IMG/VR virus record: IMGVR_UViG_3300021376_000006
Source of the DNA: a virus
Lineage: Duplodnaviria; Caudoviricetes
Strand: one strand, 5' to 3'
DNA: 64,000 nucleotides
The position numbers and the translations under genes are program-made. The first letter of the stretch is position 1; each line of letters opens with the position of its first letter. The notes below the pieces were generated by a model that did not search any database, was not told the DNA's origin, and saw only the letters and a program-made list of their open reading frames with translations. Shown one piece after another: positions 20,673 through 29,988 of this stretch.

Positions 20673-21951
20673 TTTATGTATGGCACCTTGGACTCATACT
20701 TATTTGAGTCCACAAACTGAACGACGCATGTGTTGTGCCAGTAGAGAACCCGCACAAAATTTTAAACAGTATATTGATAGTGCCGTGGGCACAGGCAAGT
20801 ATATTCCTATAACACTTGAAGAGCATTGGAACAGTGATCATATGCGTAGTGTACGCCGACGCATGATGGCCGGAGAAGTATTACCCGAGTGTGAAGTATG
20901 TAACGATCGATTGTTAAACACAGATGTTTACCGCAGTTATTTTAACAATTTATTTGCCCATAAGTACAAACAAGTAGTAGAAACAACAGACGCTTCGGGA
21001 CACACAACAATGGAGCCTGTTTCATGGGATTACAGATTCAGTAATCTTTGCAATTTCAAATGTCGTATGTGCGGCGACATGTTAAGTAGTTCGTGGGAAA
21101 GCGAACAACGACAACACGAAATGATCGATTGGTCTGATCCCAAGAATTCGTGGATGCGACCTGAAATTAAAAAACAAATTGAACAGTTCCAGACAACTCA
21201 GATTGAAGCAGAGTTTGCAGCAGCAGTAGAGGACCACCGTGTAGAGGAAGTTTATTGGGTGGGAGGAGAACCGTTAATGTATGAACAGCATTGGCGGTAT
21301 ATGCAGCGCATTATAGAACTAGGAGATGGACCACGTGTTTACGCCAGATACAACACTAATCTTAGTCGCGTTGATTATAGAGGTTGTAATCTTTATAAAG
21401 ATGTACTTGCTCATTTGCGCGATTGGCAAATTTGTGCCAGTATCGACGGCACAGGCCAAATTGGAGAATATATCCGAACAGGTCTTGATTATGAAGCATG
21501 GCTTGCAAATTTTAAGACAGGAATTAGATTCTCTACGCACTGTAGGCAAATGAGATTGGACTTTACACTTACCCTACCGGGCATGTTTGAAGTCGTTAAT
21601 ATACAGCAGTTGGGTAATGATTTGGGCGTTGACATCCTTAGTAAGGTTGTCTTTAGTTTCTCGCCGGACATAGTTATGTCACCTTTAGCCCTACCTAGAT
21701 CCATTTTAGATCCCTGGGTAGATGAAATCATAAACGCCGGAGTAGCCGGACCATTAAAGGATACACTAGTTCAGTTACGAACACGCCCTACCTTTCAAGA
21801 GCAATATGGCGAACAAGCTTACCGCATTGGTCTTGTGCAAGGCCGAGCTCGTGTGTTAAAATTAGAAGCTATTCGTAGCCAATCTATTACTATGGATCAA
21901 ATACTTTCAAAGAGAGCAGATGTGTATGAGTGGTGGACTGCCATTGGTTAA
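20662..21951 (+). CDS. Radical SAM protein 5 with N-terminal Twitch-like Cys domain
   Basis: CNFKCRMC and VGGEP; N-terminal CMAPW..MCC..CEVC. Confidence 0.85.
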   Translation: MQHNLCMAPWTHTYLSPQTERRMCCASREPAQNFKQYIDSAVGTGKYIPITLEEHWNSDHMRSVRRRMMAGEVLPECEVCNDRLLNTDVYRSYFNNLFAHKYKQVVETTDASGHTTMEPVSWDYRFSNLCNFKCRMCGDMLSSSWESEQRQHEMIDWSDPKNSWMRPEIKKQIEQFQTTQIEAEFAAAVEDHRVEEVYWVGGEPLMYEQHWRYMQRIIELGDGPRVYARYNTNLSRVDYRGCNLYKDVLAHLRDWQICASIDGTGQIGEYIRTGLDYEAWLANFKTGIRFSTHCRQMRLDFTLTLPGMFEVVNIQQLGNDLGVDILSKVVFSFSPDIVMSPLALPRSILDPWVDEIINAGVAGPLKDTLVQLRTRPTFQEQYGEQAYRIGLVQGRARVLKLEAIRSQSITMDQILSKRADVYEWWTAIG

Positions 21952-23020
21952 AATAGTATTGCGTAATCCGTTAAATTATGCAGATCAAATTGATTATAAT
22001 ATTGTACCTTACGATAATCAATTGGCCGAAGATTGGATTGTTGCTCTTAAAGAATTACTACAAAATAAAAATCTATTAGAAAAAAACTTTTGTTTTTTAG
22101 GATTTCCTAATACAGCAAGAACAGTAGAATATTTGTGCCAACAACTCGATGAAGCGGTAGCAACAATTAATGATTTTTTTAGTGATTATTATATTGATGA
22201 TTTTTACACACCATCCAATGTAATTGCCGATGACTATGCGCCTGATGGTCCTAATCACGAAAAATTAAATAAACTACATAATCATTTTGAAGTGTTACAA
22301 GGCACAGTATGGGAACTCAGTGATTATTATAAACGAGCCAATTATGAAACAAAATATGCTATTAGACAATTAAACAATATTTGTCACGAACTGGAAACTT
22401 TAATTTTAAGTCGAAGAAAATTGGTTACTGTGCCTCAATGGGTGCGTCCTAGTCAAATCACAACATTTATAAATGCCGCTAGATATGATCTAAAAGACGA
22501 ACATAGGAAATTATTTGCAAATAATGGCTACGATCGTGTATTAGGCGGCGTTTACATGCATTGGACACAAATTGGCAAAACGTACTATGAAGTTTTTCGA
22601 GATGAAGGTGCTCCTAATTTGACCGATACTGTGTGTGAAGCAATCACAGATTTGAAATATTACAGTGGCGAGTTTGATATAGAATGGGGTAATGATATGA
22701 TTTATGGCAGTGCAAATGTACCTTGGTATAATCAAGATCAAGATTTATTTAGAGCCTGGATGAGAAATAACGGCAAAGATGCTCTTGATCCAAAATTAAG
22801 TTGTGGATATCTTCCTATAGCACAAGTGGATTTACAAGGGAGTTTTGGAACGTTAGATTATCGAAAAATTTGGGAAATGCTAGGAGGACACCTTGACATC
22901 TATAAAATTGAAGTAGACGGAACAGCTAGTACCTTTGATTATTCATGGGCTGATGCCAATTATAAACAGATGCAAATAGATATGATGAGACCGGGATATG
23001 ATTATAGTAGCAGGCGGTGA
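21920..23020 (+). CDS. Hypothetical protein
   Basis: 366-aa ORF overlapping both neighbours; true start may be the TTG near 21944. No motif recognised. Confidence 0.6.
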   Translation: MCMSGGLPLVKIVLRNPLNYADQIDYNIVPYDNQLAEDWIVALKELLQNKNLLEKNFCFLGFPNTARTVEYLCQQLDEAVATINDFFSDYYIDDFYTPSNVIADDYAPDGPNHEKLNKLHNHFEVLQGTVWELSDYYKRANYETKYAIRQLNNICHELETLILSRRKLVTVPQWVRPSQITTFINAARYDLKDEHRKLFANNGYDRVLGGVYMHWTQIGKTYYEVFRDEGAPNLTDTVCEAITDLKYYSGEFDIEWGNDMIYGSANVPWYNQDQDLFRAWMRNNGKDALDPKLSCGYLPIAQVDLQGSFGTLDYRKIWEMLGGHLDIYKIEVDGTASTFDYSWADANYKQMQIDMMRPGYDYSSRR

Positions 23021-23837
23021 CAGTTTTGTGTACGGCAGCGAATTAGCCGACTGTCAGGATAATACCCCGGCTGGAATTTTTGGACACAGTGTTAGTACAT
23101 TTTCGGCATTGATATCAAAAAATGCAGATTACAAATGTGTAGCTTGGCCTGGATATGCCAATGACAGTATCGCAAGAACTGTTATTGCAGAGTCTAGCAA
23201 ACACCCTAAATGTGGAGTTATTGTAAGTTGGACATTCCCGGGGAGGTACGAATTTAGATTCAGTTATGATACAGGACAGAAAAAAAGTCCGTGGTACGCT
23301 TTTAACAGTTGGACTATTCAAAATCCTGATGTTGTTACTAGAGAATTTAGTAAAAAAAATCAATATATCGAAGAAGTATTCAAGCAGCACCATATCAAAG
23401 CCAAACAAACTGGCACATTATTTTTTGCTAAAACATTTTACGAACATGTAGGTAGTAGCGAGTATTGGGAAATCTACAGCACACTTAAAGAAATTGTTTA
23501 CTTGCAAAATTATTTAAAAGTGAACAGTATTCCGTATCTGTTTACCTGTGCAGATAATAGCATATTGTATAACTATACCATAGAGCAGGCAGATGGATAT
23601 ATTACAAGTTTGCAAAAGCAAATTGATTTTAATAATTGGTTTTGGTTTCCAGCCGGAACCAATCAGAATGAAACCAAAACACCAAGAGGATTTTATCAAT
23701 GGGCGGTTGAAAATAAATATCCTGTAGGTACCACACACCCATTAGAACAAGCACATAAAGTGGCAGCAGAATTAATAAAGGACAAATTCAATGAACTGGT
23801 TACGCAACCTTTGGAACAGAGTTCAATTAGAAATTAG
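22998..23837 (+). CDS. SGNH/GDSL-like protein, copy 2
   Basis: GGDSFVYG, WPGYAN, SWTFPGRYE, THPLEQAH. Confidence 0.6.
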   Translation: MIIVAGGDSFVYGSELADCQDNTPAGIFGHSVSTFSALISKNADYKCVAWPGYANDSIARTVIAESSKHPKCGVIVSWTFPGRYEFRFSYDTGQKKSPWYAFNSWTIQNPDVVTREFSKKNQYIEEVFKQHHIKAKQTGTLFFAKTFYEHVGSSEYWEIYSTLKEIVYLQNYLKVNSIPYLFTCADNSILYNYTIEQADGYITSLQKQIDFNNWFWFPAGTNQNETKTPRGFYQWAVENKYPVGTTHPLEQAHKVAAELIKDKFNELVTQPLEQSSIRN

Positions 23838-23892
23838 ATATAGACGTAAACTACGAGAACTTCGTAAACGCGATCCATTTATTTACAAATGA
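23791..23892 (+). CDS. Small basic peptide, 33 aa (MNWLRNLWNRVQLEIRYRRKLRELRKRDPFIYK)
   Basis: Below the ORF-track cutoff. ATG at 23791; its TGA (23890-92) overlaps the next ATG (23889) as ATGA. Confidence 0.6.
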   Translation: MNWLRNLWNRVQLEIRYRRKLRELRKRDPFIYK

Positions 23893-24557
23893 TTAAAAAT
23901 ATCCTATCAGTTGGCGATAGTTTTACTTATGGCGAAGAGCTTAAAAATATTTACAATGCATGGCCATATCAAGTCGGTAAAATTTTAAATGCAGACGTGG
24001 TTAATTTAGCCAAACCAGCTGCTAGTAATGACAAAATTTTAAGATTAACCTTAGATTATCTCTTACGAAATAATAATGTTGATTTGGTTTTAATTGGATG
24101 GTCTAATCCTGGTAGAATGGAATTCAGTGATGAACTGGGTTATTATGATGTATGGCCCGGGTATACTGTAGATTCACATCTCTCCAATAATTTCCATTGG
24201 CGGAAAAACATGATAGAATATGTTTCTCAATATCATAATCCACAAGCTTTACATTTAAAATTTATTCAACAAATAATTTTGTTGCAAAGCTATTTAGAAA
24301 GTAAAAAAATCAAGTATGTGATGATGAACATAATGCAAAATGATTATTATAAAAAATTATATTTTGATGGAATCAAGCAATATCATGATCAAATAAACAC
24401 AGACAATTTTTTAGATTTTAATATCAGTGGAATGATAGAATGGACAAAAAATTGTAAACAGGGTTCAAGGGGGCATTTCCTTGAAGACGGCCATACATTG
24501 GTAGCTGGAAAAGTGTTAAACTATGTAAATCAGCAGTGCTGGGCATTGACACCATGA
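23889..24557 (+). CDS. SGNH/GDSL-like protein, copy 3
   Basis: VGDSFTYG, LAKPAASN, GWSNPGRME, GHFLEDGH. Confidence 0.6.
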   Translation: MIKNILSVGDSFTYGEELKNIYNAWPYQVGKILNADVVNLAKPAASNDKILRLTLDYLLRNNNVDLVLIGWSNPGRMEFSDELGYYDVWPGYTVDSHLSNNFHWRKNMIEYVSQYHNPQALHLKFIQQIILLQSYLESKKIKYVMMNIMQNDYYKKLYFDGIKQYHDQINTDNFLDFNISGMIEWTKNCKQGSRGHFLEDGHTLVAGKVLNYVNQQCWALTP

Positions 24558-25201
24558 TCCATGCAATAGGAGATAGTTTCACATACGGTGACGAACTTGA
24601 GTGTAAAAACTTAGCGTGGCCTACGATCTTGTCTAATAAATTACATAAACATGTGGCCAATTTAGGAAGACCTGCAAGTGGAAATACACGTATAGTTAAA
24701 AGATTGATTCACTGTGTTTTAGACAAAAGTGATTTAGTTATTATTGGATGGTCAGATTGTAATAGACAGGAATTTGCCGACGAAATTGGAGTGTATGATA
24801 TATGGGCCGGTAGAAATTACAGAGCCATACAATTAGATGATCCCACCCATCGAATTAATTTAATCAAGTATATAACTGCATACGATGTGCCTGAGTACTA
24901 TTATGCCAATTGGTTAAGACAAATTTTATTGGCTCAAAGTTTTTGTGAAGTTCATAATGTTCCTTGTGTTATGTTTATTGCTTGTGGTTCTCATCAAAGT
25001 CATCAAATTTATCATTCCAAGCACAAAACCTTGATTGATGCAATAGATCATTCAATGTTTGTTGATGGTATGTTTACAAGTGTAGGAGAATGGACCTACG
25101 GTTTGCCACATGGACCCGGTGGCCATCCACTTGAACAAGGCCATGAAATTATAGCAGAAAAAATTTATGAACATATTAGGAATAAGTGCTGGCTTTCATG
25201 A
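24554..25201 (+). CDS. SGNH/GDSL-like protein, copy 4
   Basis: IGDSFTYG, LGRPASGN, GWSDCNRQE, GHPLEQGH. ATG at 24554 in an ATGA overlap. Confidence 0.6.
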   Translation: MIHAIGDSFTYGDELECKNLAWPTILSNKLHKHVANLGRPASGNTRIVKRLIHCVLDKSDLVIIGWSDCNRQEFADEIGVYDIWAGRNYRAIQLDDPTHRINLIKYITAYDVPEYYYANWLRQILLAQSFCEVHNVPCVMFIACGSHQSHQIYHSKHKTLIDAIDHSMFVDGMFTSVGEWTYGLPHGPGGHPLEQGHEIIAEKIYEHIRNKCWLS

Positions 25202-26648
25202 CGCTGCTGCCGCAGTAATCAATCGCCAAGGCGATATACTGTATGCAGCGCATAGCGAACGTTACAGCCGGGTCAAAAACGATGCCAATCTTTGTCGTGC
25301 CATGATGGATGATATCATGGATCAGTTTCCTATTGCTCATGTTGCATATTATGAAACTCCGTGGAAGAAACAATTACGAAGATTGTACAGTGAAGAAGGT
25401 ATAGAGTGGAATCGTTTATCTACTCGAAGGATCTTGACAGAACAGTTTGGCAGATGGGCACATATTCCCAGTTACAGTAGTCATAATCATCACATGAGTC
25501 ATGCAGCAGCCGGCTTCCAAACAAGTCCATACAATCGCGCAACAGTAGTAGTCATTGACGCAATTGGTGAGTGGGACACTGTTAGCATATGGGGCGCGGA
25601 GTACGACAGTCGTGGAATAGCCCAATATAAACGACTATGGGGTCAACGATATCCTCATAGTATAGGATTGTTTTATAGCGCAATGACTCAAAGAGTAGGA
25701 TTAAAACCTAACGAAGATGAATACATTTTAATGGGTATGAGCGCATATGGAAGAAACGGTTATGCCAGCACACTACAAGATGAGTTGATTGTAAACGAAT
25801 GGGAAACTACATTTAAACAAAATTTACATGTTGGTATTACAAATGATTTTTTAACAGATGTGCATGACGCAGATTTAGCAGCAGCAGCACAAAAAGTTTT
25901 AGAAAGATTGGTATACAATGTGATGCGTCGAGCAAGAGATTTTGCGTGGAGTGCAAATCTTGTTTATATGGGTGGTGTAGCATTAAACTGTTTGGCAAAT
26001 AGAAACCTTGGAGAATACTTTGAAAATATTTGGATTATGCCTAATCCTGGTGATGCTGGTAGCAGTCTTGGCGCTGCCGCTCTCGCTTATGGGCGTCGTG
26101 TTAATTGGGTCGATGCTTATCTGGGCCACGATATTCCGGGACCATATCCCGTTACACCCATACTTGATAGTTTATTATCTGACGGTATTTGCGGTGTTGC
26201 TAGTGGTCGTGCAGAGTTTGGTCCCCGTGCTTTAGGTAATAGAAGTTTATTAGCGGACCCAAGAGGACCTAACATCAAGGATCGAGTAAATGAAATTAAA
26301 CGCAGACAAAAATTCAGACCTTTTGCCCCTGTCATATTGGAGGAGATGGCTGATCAGTACTTTGATTTCCGCAACGGGTGGCCTAATAGCCGTTATATGC
26401 AGTCAGTCGCTCATTGTTGGTATCCTAGCCGTTTTCCTGCTATCTGCCATGTTGATGGGACCAGTCGAGTACAAACGGTACCAGCAGACGGTTCGGGCAT
26501 CAGACAATTATTGGAAAAATGGTTTGTAATGACTGACTGCCCTATGCTACTAAACACAAGTTTAAATATCAAAGGTGAGCCAATGGTAAATGATCGAGAC
26601 GACGCAGATAGATTTGAAAGTAAATACGGTGTAAAGGTATTTTCATGA
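25167..26648 (+). CDS. Carbamoyltransferase, NodU/CmcH/TobZ family
   Basis: ILGISAGFHDAAA, SERYSRVKND, HHMSHAAA, DAIGE, GRAEFGPRALGNRSLLADP, RPFAP, LLNTSLN. Confidence 0.92.
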   Translation: MNILGISAGFHDAAAAVINRQGDILYAAHSERYSRVKNDANLCRAMMDDIMDQFPIAHVAYYETPWKKQLRRLYSEEGIEWNRLSTRRILTEQFGRWAHIPSYSSHNHHMSHAAAGFQTSPYNRATVVVIDAIGEWDTVSIWGAEYDSRGIAQYKRLWGQRYPHSIGLFYSAMTQRVGLKPNEDEYILMGMSAYGRNGYASTLQDELIVNEWETTFKQNLHVGITNDFLTDVHDADLAAAAQKVLERLVYNVMRRARDFAWSANLVYMGGVALNCLANRNLGEYFENIWIMPNPGDAGSSLGAAALAYGRRVNWVDAYLGHDIPGPYPVTPILDSLLSDGICGVASGRAEFGPRALGNRSLLADPRGPNIKDRVNEIKRRQKFRPFAPVILEEMADQYFDFRNGWPNSRYMQSVAHCWYPSRFPAICHVDGTSRVQTVPADGSGIRQLLEKWFVMTDCPMLLNTSLNIKGEPMVNDRDDADRFESKYGVKVFS

Positions 26649-27349
26649 GAGTGTTAACAAATGGCTGTAGCTTTAGCAGAGGTCCTGATAGTTGGCCGCA
26701 TGCTTTACAATCAATGTATAATTTTGAATTGATAAATCTCGCACAGTCCGGTGCTGGTAATACTTATATTTTTGAATCTACAGTTACAGAATTATCATTA
26801 AGAAATTACGATGCAGTTATTATTATGTGGTCTCAACCACATAGAATAGATTACAGAACCGTAAAGAATTTTAACACCATTTTTACTTCAAATTTTCAGC
26901 ACAAGCAAAACGATTGGCCTGAAAAAATAATACATCCAGTTAATGATCAAGACTTTGTTCAAAAAGATTGGATTTTTGGTTGTGGGTATTTAAATAACGA
27001 TAAAGAATGTATGAATTTGTTTGATTCATACTATAAGAATGTAAGTTATAATCAAATGGTAGACTCTTTCCTCATAAAGATAATTTCTTTACAAAGTATA
27101 CTAATGCAGCTGGGGGTATTATATATATTTACTTTTTATCAAGATTATGTTTTAGACTTAAAAAGTATAAATGAAAATCTATATAATTTAATCAATTGGA
27201 CGAATTGTTGTACAACAAATAATATATACAGTATCACTAAAAAAAATAATTGGTTTGATAAAGATAAAATACATCCAGGCAAATTAGCTCATTATGAATG
27301 GGCACTAGAACTTAAAAAACATATAAAAGATAAAAAATTAGATTTCTAA
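26645..27349 (+). CDS. SGNH/GDSL-like protein, copy 5
   Basis: NGCSFSRG, LAQSGAGN, MWSQPHRID, DKIHPGKLAH. AT-rich. Confidence 0.55.
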   Translation: MRVLTNGCSFSRGPDSWPHALQSMYNFELINLAQSGAGNTYIFESTVTELSLRNYDAVIIMWSQPHRIDYRTVKNFNTIFTSNFQHKQNDWPEKIIHPVNDQDFVQKDWIFGCGYLNNDKECMNLFDSYYKNVSYNQMVDSFLIKIISLQSILMQLGVLYIFTFYQDYVLDLKSINENLYNLINWTNCCTTNNIYSITKKNNWFDKDKIHPGKLAHYEWALELKKHIKDKKLDF

Positions 27350-27368
27350 AAAATGGTGAGGTTTTTTC

Positions 27369-27800
27369 ATGACAACTAGAATTCTTATAATGGGATTGCC
27401 CGGAGCAGGCAAAACTACGCTTGCAATAAATTTATTAAACTATTTTAGTCCGGATGTTCTCTGGTTAAATGCAGATGAAATAAGAAAAAAATTTAATGAT
27501 TGGGATTTCAGCTATGAAGGACGAATTCGTCAAAGCCGACGAATGAGAGAAATAGCAGATGTTTCAAACAAAGATTATGTAATTGCAGATTTTGTTTGTC
27601 CCCTAAAAGAAATGCGCGACATTTACGATCCGCACTTTTTGATTTGGGTAGATACAATAGCAGAGGGTAGATTTGAAGATACTAATCGTGTGTTTCTTCC
27701 GCCCGAAACACACGATGTAAGAGTGACCGAGCAAGATGCAGGTCGATGGGCAAGGACAATATATGAACAAATATCACATAAGATTCAATCACCAACATAA
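27369..27800 (+). CDS. cysC: Adenylylsulfate (APS) kinase-like P-loop protein
   Basis: ILIMGLPGAGKTTLA (Walker A), WLNADEIR, DFS.EGR.RQ..RM and DFVCP as in CysC-like kinases; short (143 aa). Confidence 0.65.
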   Translation: MTTRILIMGLPGAGKTTLAINLLNYFSPDVLWLNADEIRKKFNDWDFSYEGRIRQSRRMREIADVSNKDYVIADFVCPLKEMRDIYDPHFLIWVDTIAEGRFEDTNRVFLPPETHDVRVTEQDAGRWARTIYEQISHKIQSPT

Positions 27801-28338
27801 TAGCAATGGTAAAGTTTGGCGTGTGTTCGAGAATGGAGTAGAACATTTAGTTGAACACCTAGATATCCGTGTTCCTATGCGCGACGATGTCACTGTTGAA
27901 AACGGTGTTGAAAAATGGAATGTTTATTGTGAAGGTTATTTGTCTATTGTAAATCAAACTGCTTGTATAGAATCAGTACCTACATTTGATTGGCGAAAAC
28001 CCACAGTGCAAATGTTAGGTCGTTGGCAACCGTGGCATGCAGGGCATCGTGCATTATTTGAAAGAGCAATAAAGAAAACCGGACAAGTGTGTATTATGAT
28101 AAGAGATTGCCAAGGATGGAATCACAGTAATCCGTTTAATCTTGAAGAAGTTAAAAAGTATATTCGTGCTGATCTTGATCCCGAGTATAAAGGACGATAT
28201 GAAATCATTGTTGTTCCTAATATAGTTAATATTACATATGGTCGTGATGTTGGTTACCTCATCGAAGAAGAAACATTTGACGATGTTACACAGGCTATAT
28301 CAGCAACCACTATACGAAAACAAATGGGCATCGAATGA
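27763..28338 (+). CDS. Cytidylyltransferase-like (HxGH) nucleotidyltransferase with an extra N-terminal domain
   Basis: MLGRWQPWHAGH, TYGRDVGY, ISATTIR. Confidence 0.75.
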   Translation: MNKYHIRFNHQHNSNGKVWRVFENGVEHLVEHLDIRVPMRDDVTVENGVEKWNVYCEGYLSIVNQTACIESVPTFDWRKPTVQMLGRWQPWHAGHRALFERAIKKTGQVCIMIRDCQGWNHSNPFNLEEVKKYIRADLDPEYKGRYEIIVVPNIVNITYGRDVGYLIEEETFDDVTQAISATTIRKQMGIE

Positions 28339-28808
28339 AAGACAAATTTAAACGTGCCTACATGAAAACAGCACAAACGTTTGCAGAACTTAGTTTGGCA
28401 CGTAGATTGAAAGTTGGAGCTATTATTGTCAAAGATGACAGAATTATTTCAATTGGCTATAATGGAATGCCTGCTGGTTGGGATAACAATTGCGAGGATG
28501 AATTGGTAACTGAATACAATAACGCTAAAGATTTGGACGGTAATACAATACAAGTGAAAACTTCTACACTAACCACCAAACCAGAAGTCCTGCATGCTGA
28601 AACCAATGCTATTGCCAAATTAGCAAAATCGCCAGAATCTGGACAAGGTGCTACAATGTTTGTAACACATAGTCCTTGTTTAGAATGTGCAAAATTGATA
28701 TATCAATCAGGTATTACCAAGGTTGTATATAGAGATTTGTATCGAAATAAAAACGGTTTAAATTTTCTAGAAAAGTCTGGTCTAGAGCTTGAGCAATTGC
28801 TGAATTGA
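28335..28808 (+). CDS. dCMP deaminase
   Basis: RRLKVGAIIVKD, GYNGMP, HAETNAI, SPCLECAK zinc motifs. Confidence 0.9.
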   Translation: MKDKFKRAYMKTAQTFAELSLARRLKVGAIIVKDDRIISIGYNGMPAGWDNNCEDELVTEYNNAKDLDGNTIQVKTSTLTTKPEVLHAETNAIAKLAKSPESGQGATMFVTHSPCLECAKLIYQSGITKVVYRDLYRNKNGLNFLEKSGLELEQLLN

Positions 28809-29988
28809 GATTTGTTTGTAATTCGTTCCATATTTGATCAACAAAGTGTTTACTGTAAAACAAATTGTAATTGTACTCAAGAACTTCCTCCATGTCATAT
28901 AACATTTTTTCTAAATCATTATTTGATAGTTTGCTTAAACTTTTTATTATATCAACGACCATATCGATTCGCTCAATTGGATCTTGGCATTGATCATAAC
29001 TTTCATCCCACCATTTGTCAAATGTTATAAATCCGTATTCTTTTAAGTATGCAAGATTGTCAACACACCCTAACAATATAAAAGGCTGTTTCAACGCTAT
29101 AGGTTTAAAAATTTTTTCAGTTAAATGTTTCTTGCGTTCCCAGAAACAGGTTTCTGTAACAACATGAACAAAACTTTGCATCAATTTTGGAATAGGCTCA
29201 AGAGTAAAACTTGAATTGTCAATAGGCATATTGTGCTCACTATCAATTCTTAGACTTGGAAGATTGGTTATATAATCTAATTCTTGGAAAACAAATTTTT
29301 TGTCTAACCCAAACTGTTCTAATGTTTTGACAATTGAGAACTGTAATTTACCGTGAACTGGACAAACATTACTAAAACTTATATGGCCATAATCTAATAG
29401 ATTTTGTTGACTGAGTTTAGCGACAAAAAAAGCTCTATAAATTCTAGAATTGCCAGTTATCCTATTAAATGTAATAAATTTTTTTTCTATTTTTCTTTTT
29501 CGTATTGGTATAATTTCACTACAGAATTGATAACCTCGGTACCAATCTATTGCTGCTAGGGCATGGTAAAAATAGTAACAATCAATATAATTAAATTTTT
29601 CTAAAATTTTATTTTTTTCGTCACTATCTTTTTCTGTGTTAAGTAGTATAGTAGGAACTTTGTCTTTATATTTTAATGATCTGTATTTTAAAGATATATC
29701 ATTTTTCCAATATTGACTATATTGTGTAGATTCTTTGATTTGTTGACTGCCATTGGAAGTTACAGTCAAATTATCAAATTTTGAAAAAGTGTCAAAGTTA
29801 TAATGGTAGTTTAAAGGTTCTTGATCAAAACACAGAAAAAATACATCAGGGTCGGTTGTACCTAATATTTCAAGCTGTGAGAACGCAGTTGCACCAAACG
29901 GAAAGAAGTAAGCAAGTTTTGGCGATATATCGTAGTTTATTTTTGCATGTTGTAGAATAAAATTATAGTGGCTGTTTATATTATACAT
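28714..29988 (-). CDS. GT10-like glycosyltransferase-like protein, copy 2 (antisense to its neighbours)
   Basis: HVVTETCFW..KKHLTEKIFKPIALKQPFILLG...LAYLKEYGFITFDKWWDESYD. AT-rich 424-aa ORF. Confidence 0.55.
   Translation of the reverse strand: MYNINSHYNFILQHAKINYDISPKLAYFFPFGATAFSQLEILGTTDPDVFFLCFDQEPLNYHYNFDTFSKFDNLTVTSNGSQQIKESTQYSQYWKNDISLKYRSLKYKDKVPTILLNTEKDSDEKNKILEKFNYIDCYYFYHALAAIDWYRGYQFCSEIIPIRKRKIEKKFITFNRITGNSRIYRAFFVAKLSQQNLLDYGHISFSNVCPVHGKLQFSIVKTLEQFGLDKKFVFQELDYITNLPSLRIDSEHNMPIDNSSFTLEPIPKLMQSFVHVVTETCFWERKKHLTEKIFKPIALKQPFILLGCVDNLAYLKEYGFITFDKWWDESYDQCQDPIERIDMVVDIIKSLSKLSNNDLEKMLYDMEEVLEYNYNLFYSKHFVDQIWNELQTNLNSAIAQALDQTFLENLNRFYFDTNLYIQPW

Noticed and set aside
14558-21951. 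RiPP cluster interpretation of the radical SAM array
   Set aside because: No precursor with leader/core structure, RRE domain, protease or transporter is visible, and the neighbours are sugar-related. Not excluded, but less supported than glycan tailoring.
25167-27800. Saxitoxin-like cluster (SxtI/SxtL/SxtO analogues)
   Set aside because: No PKS-like SxtA, amidinotransferase or dioxygenases; only a generic module is shared.
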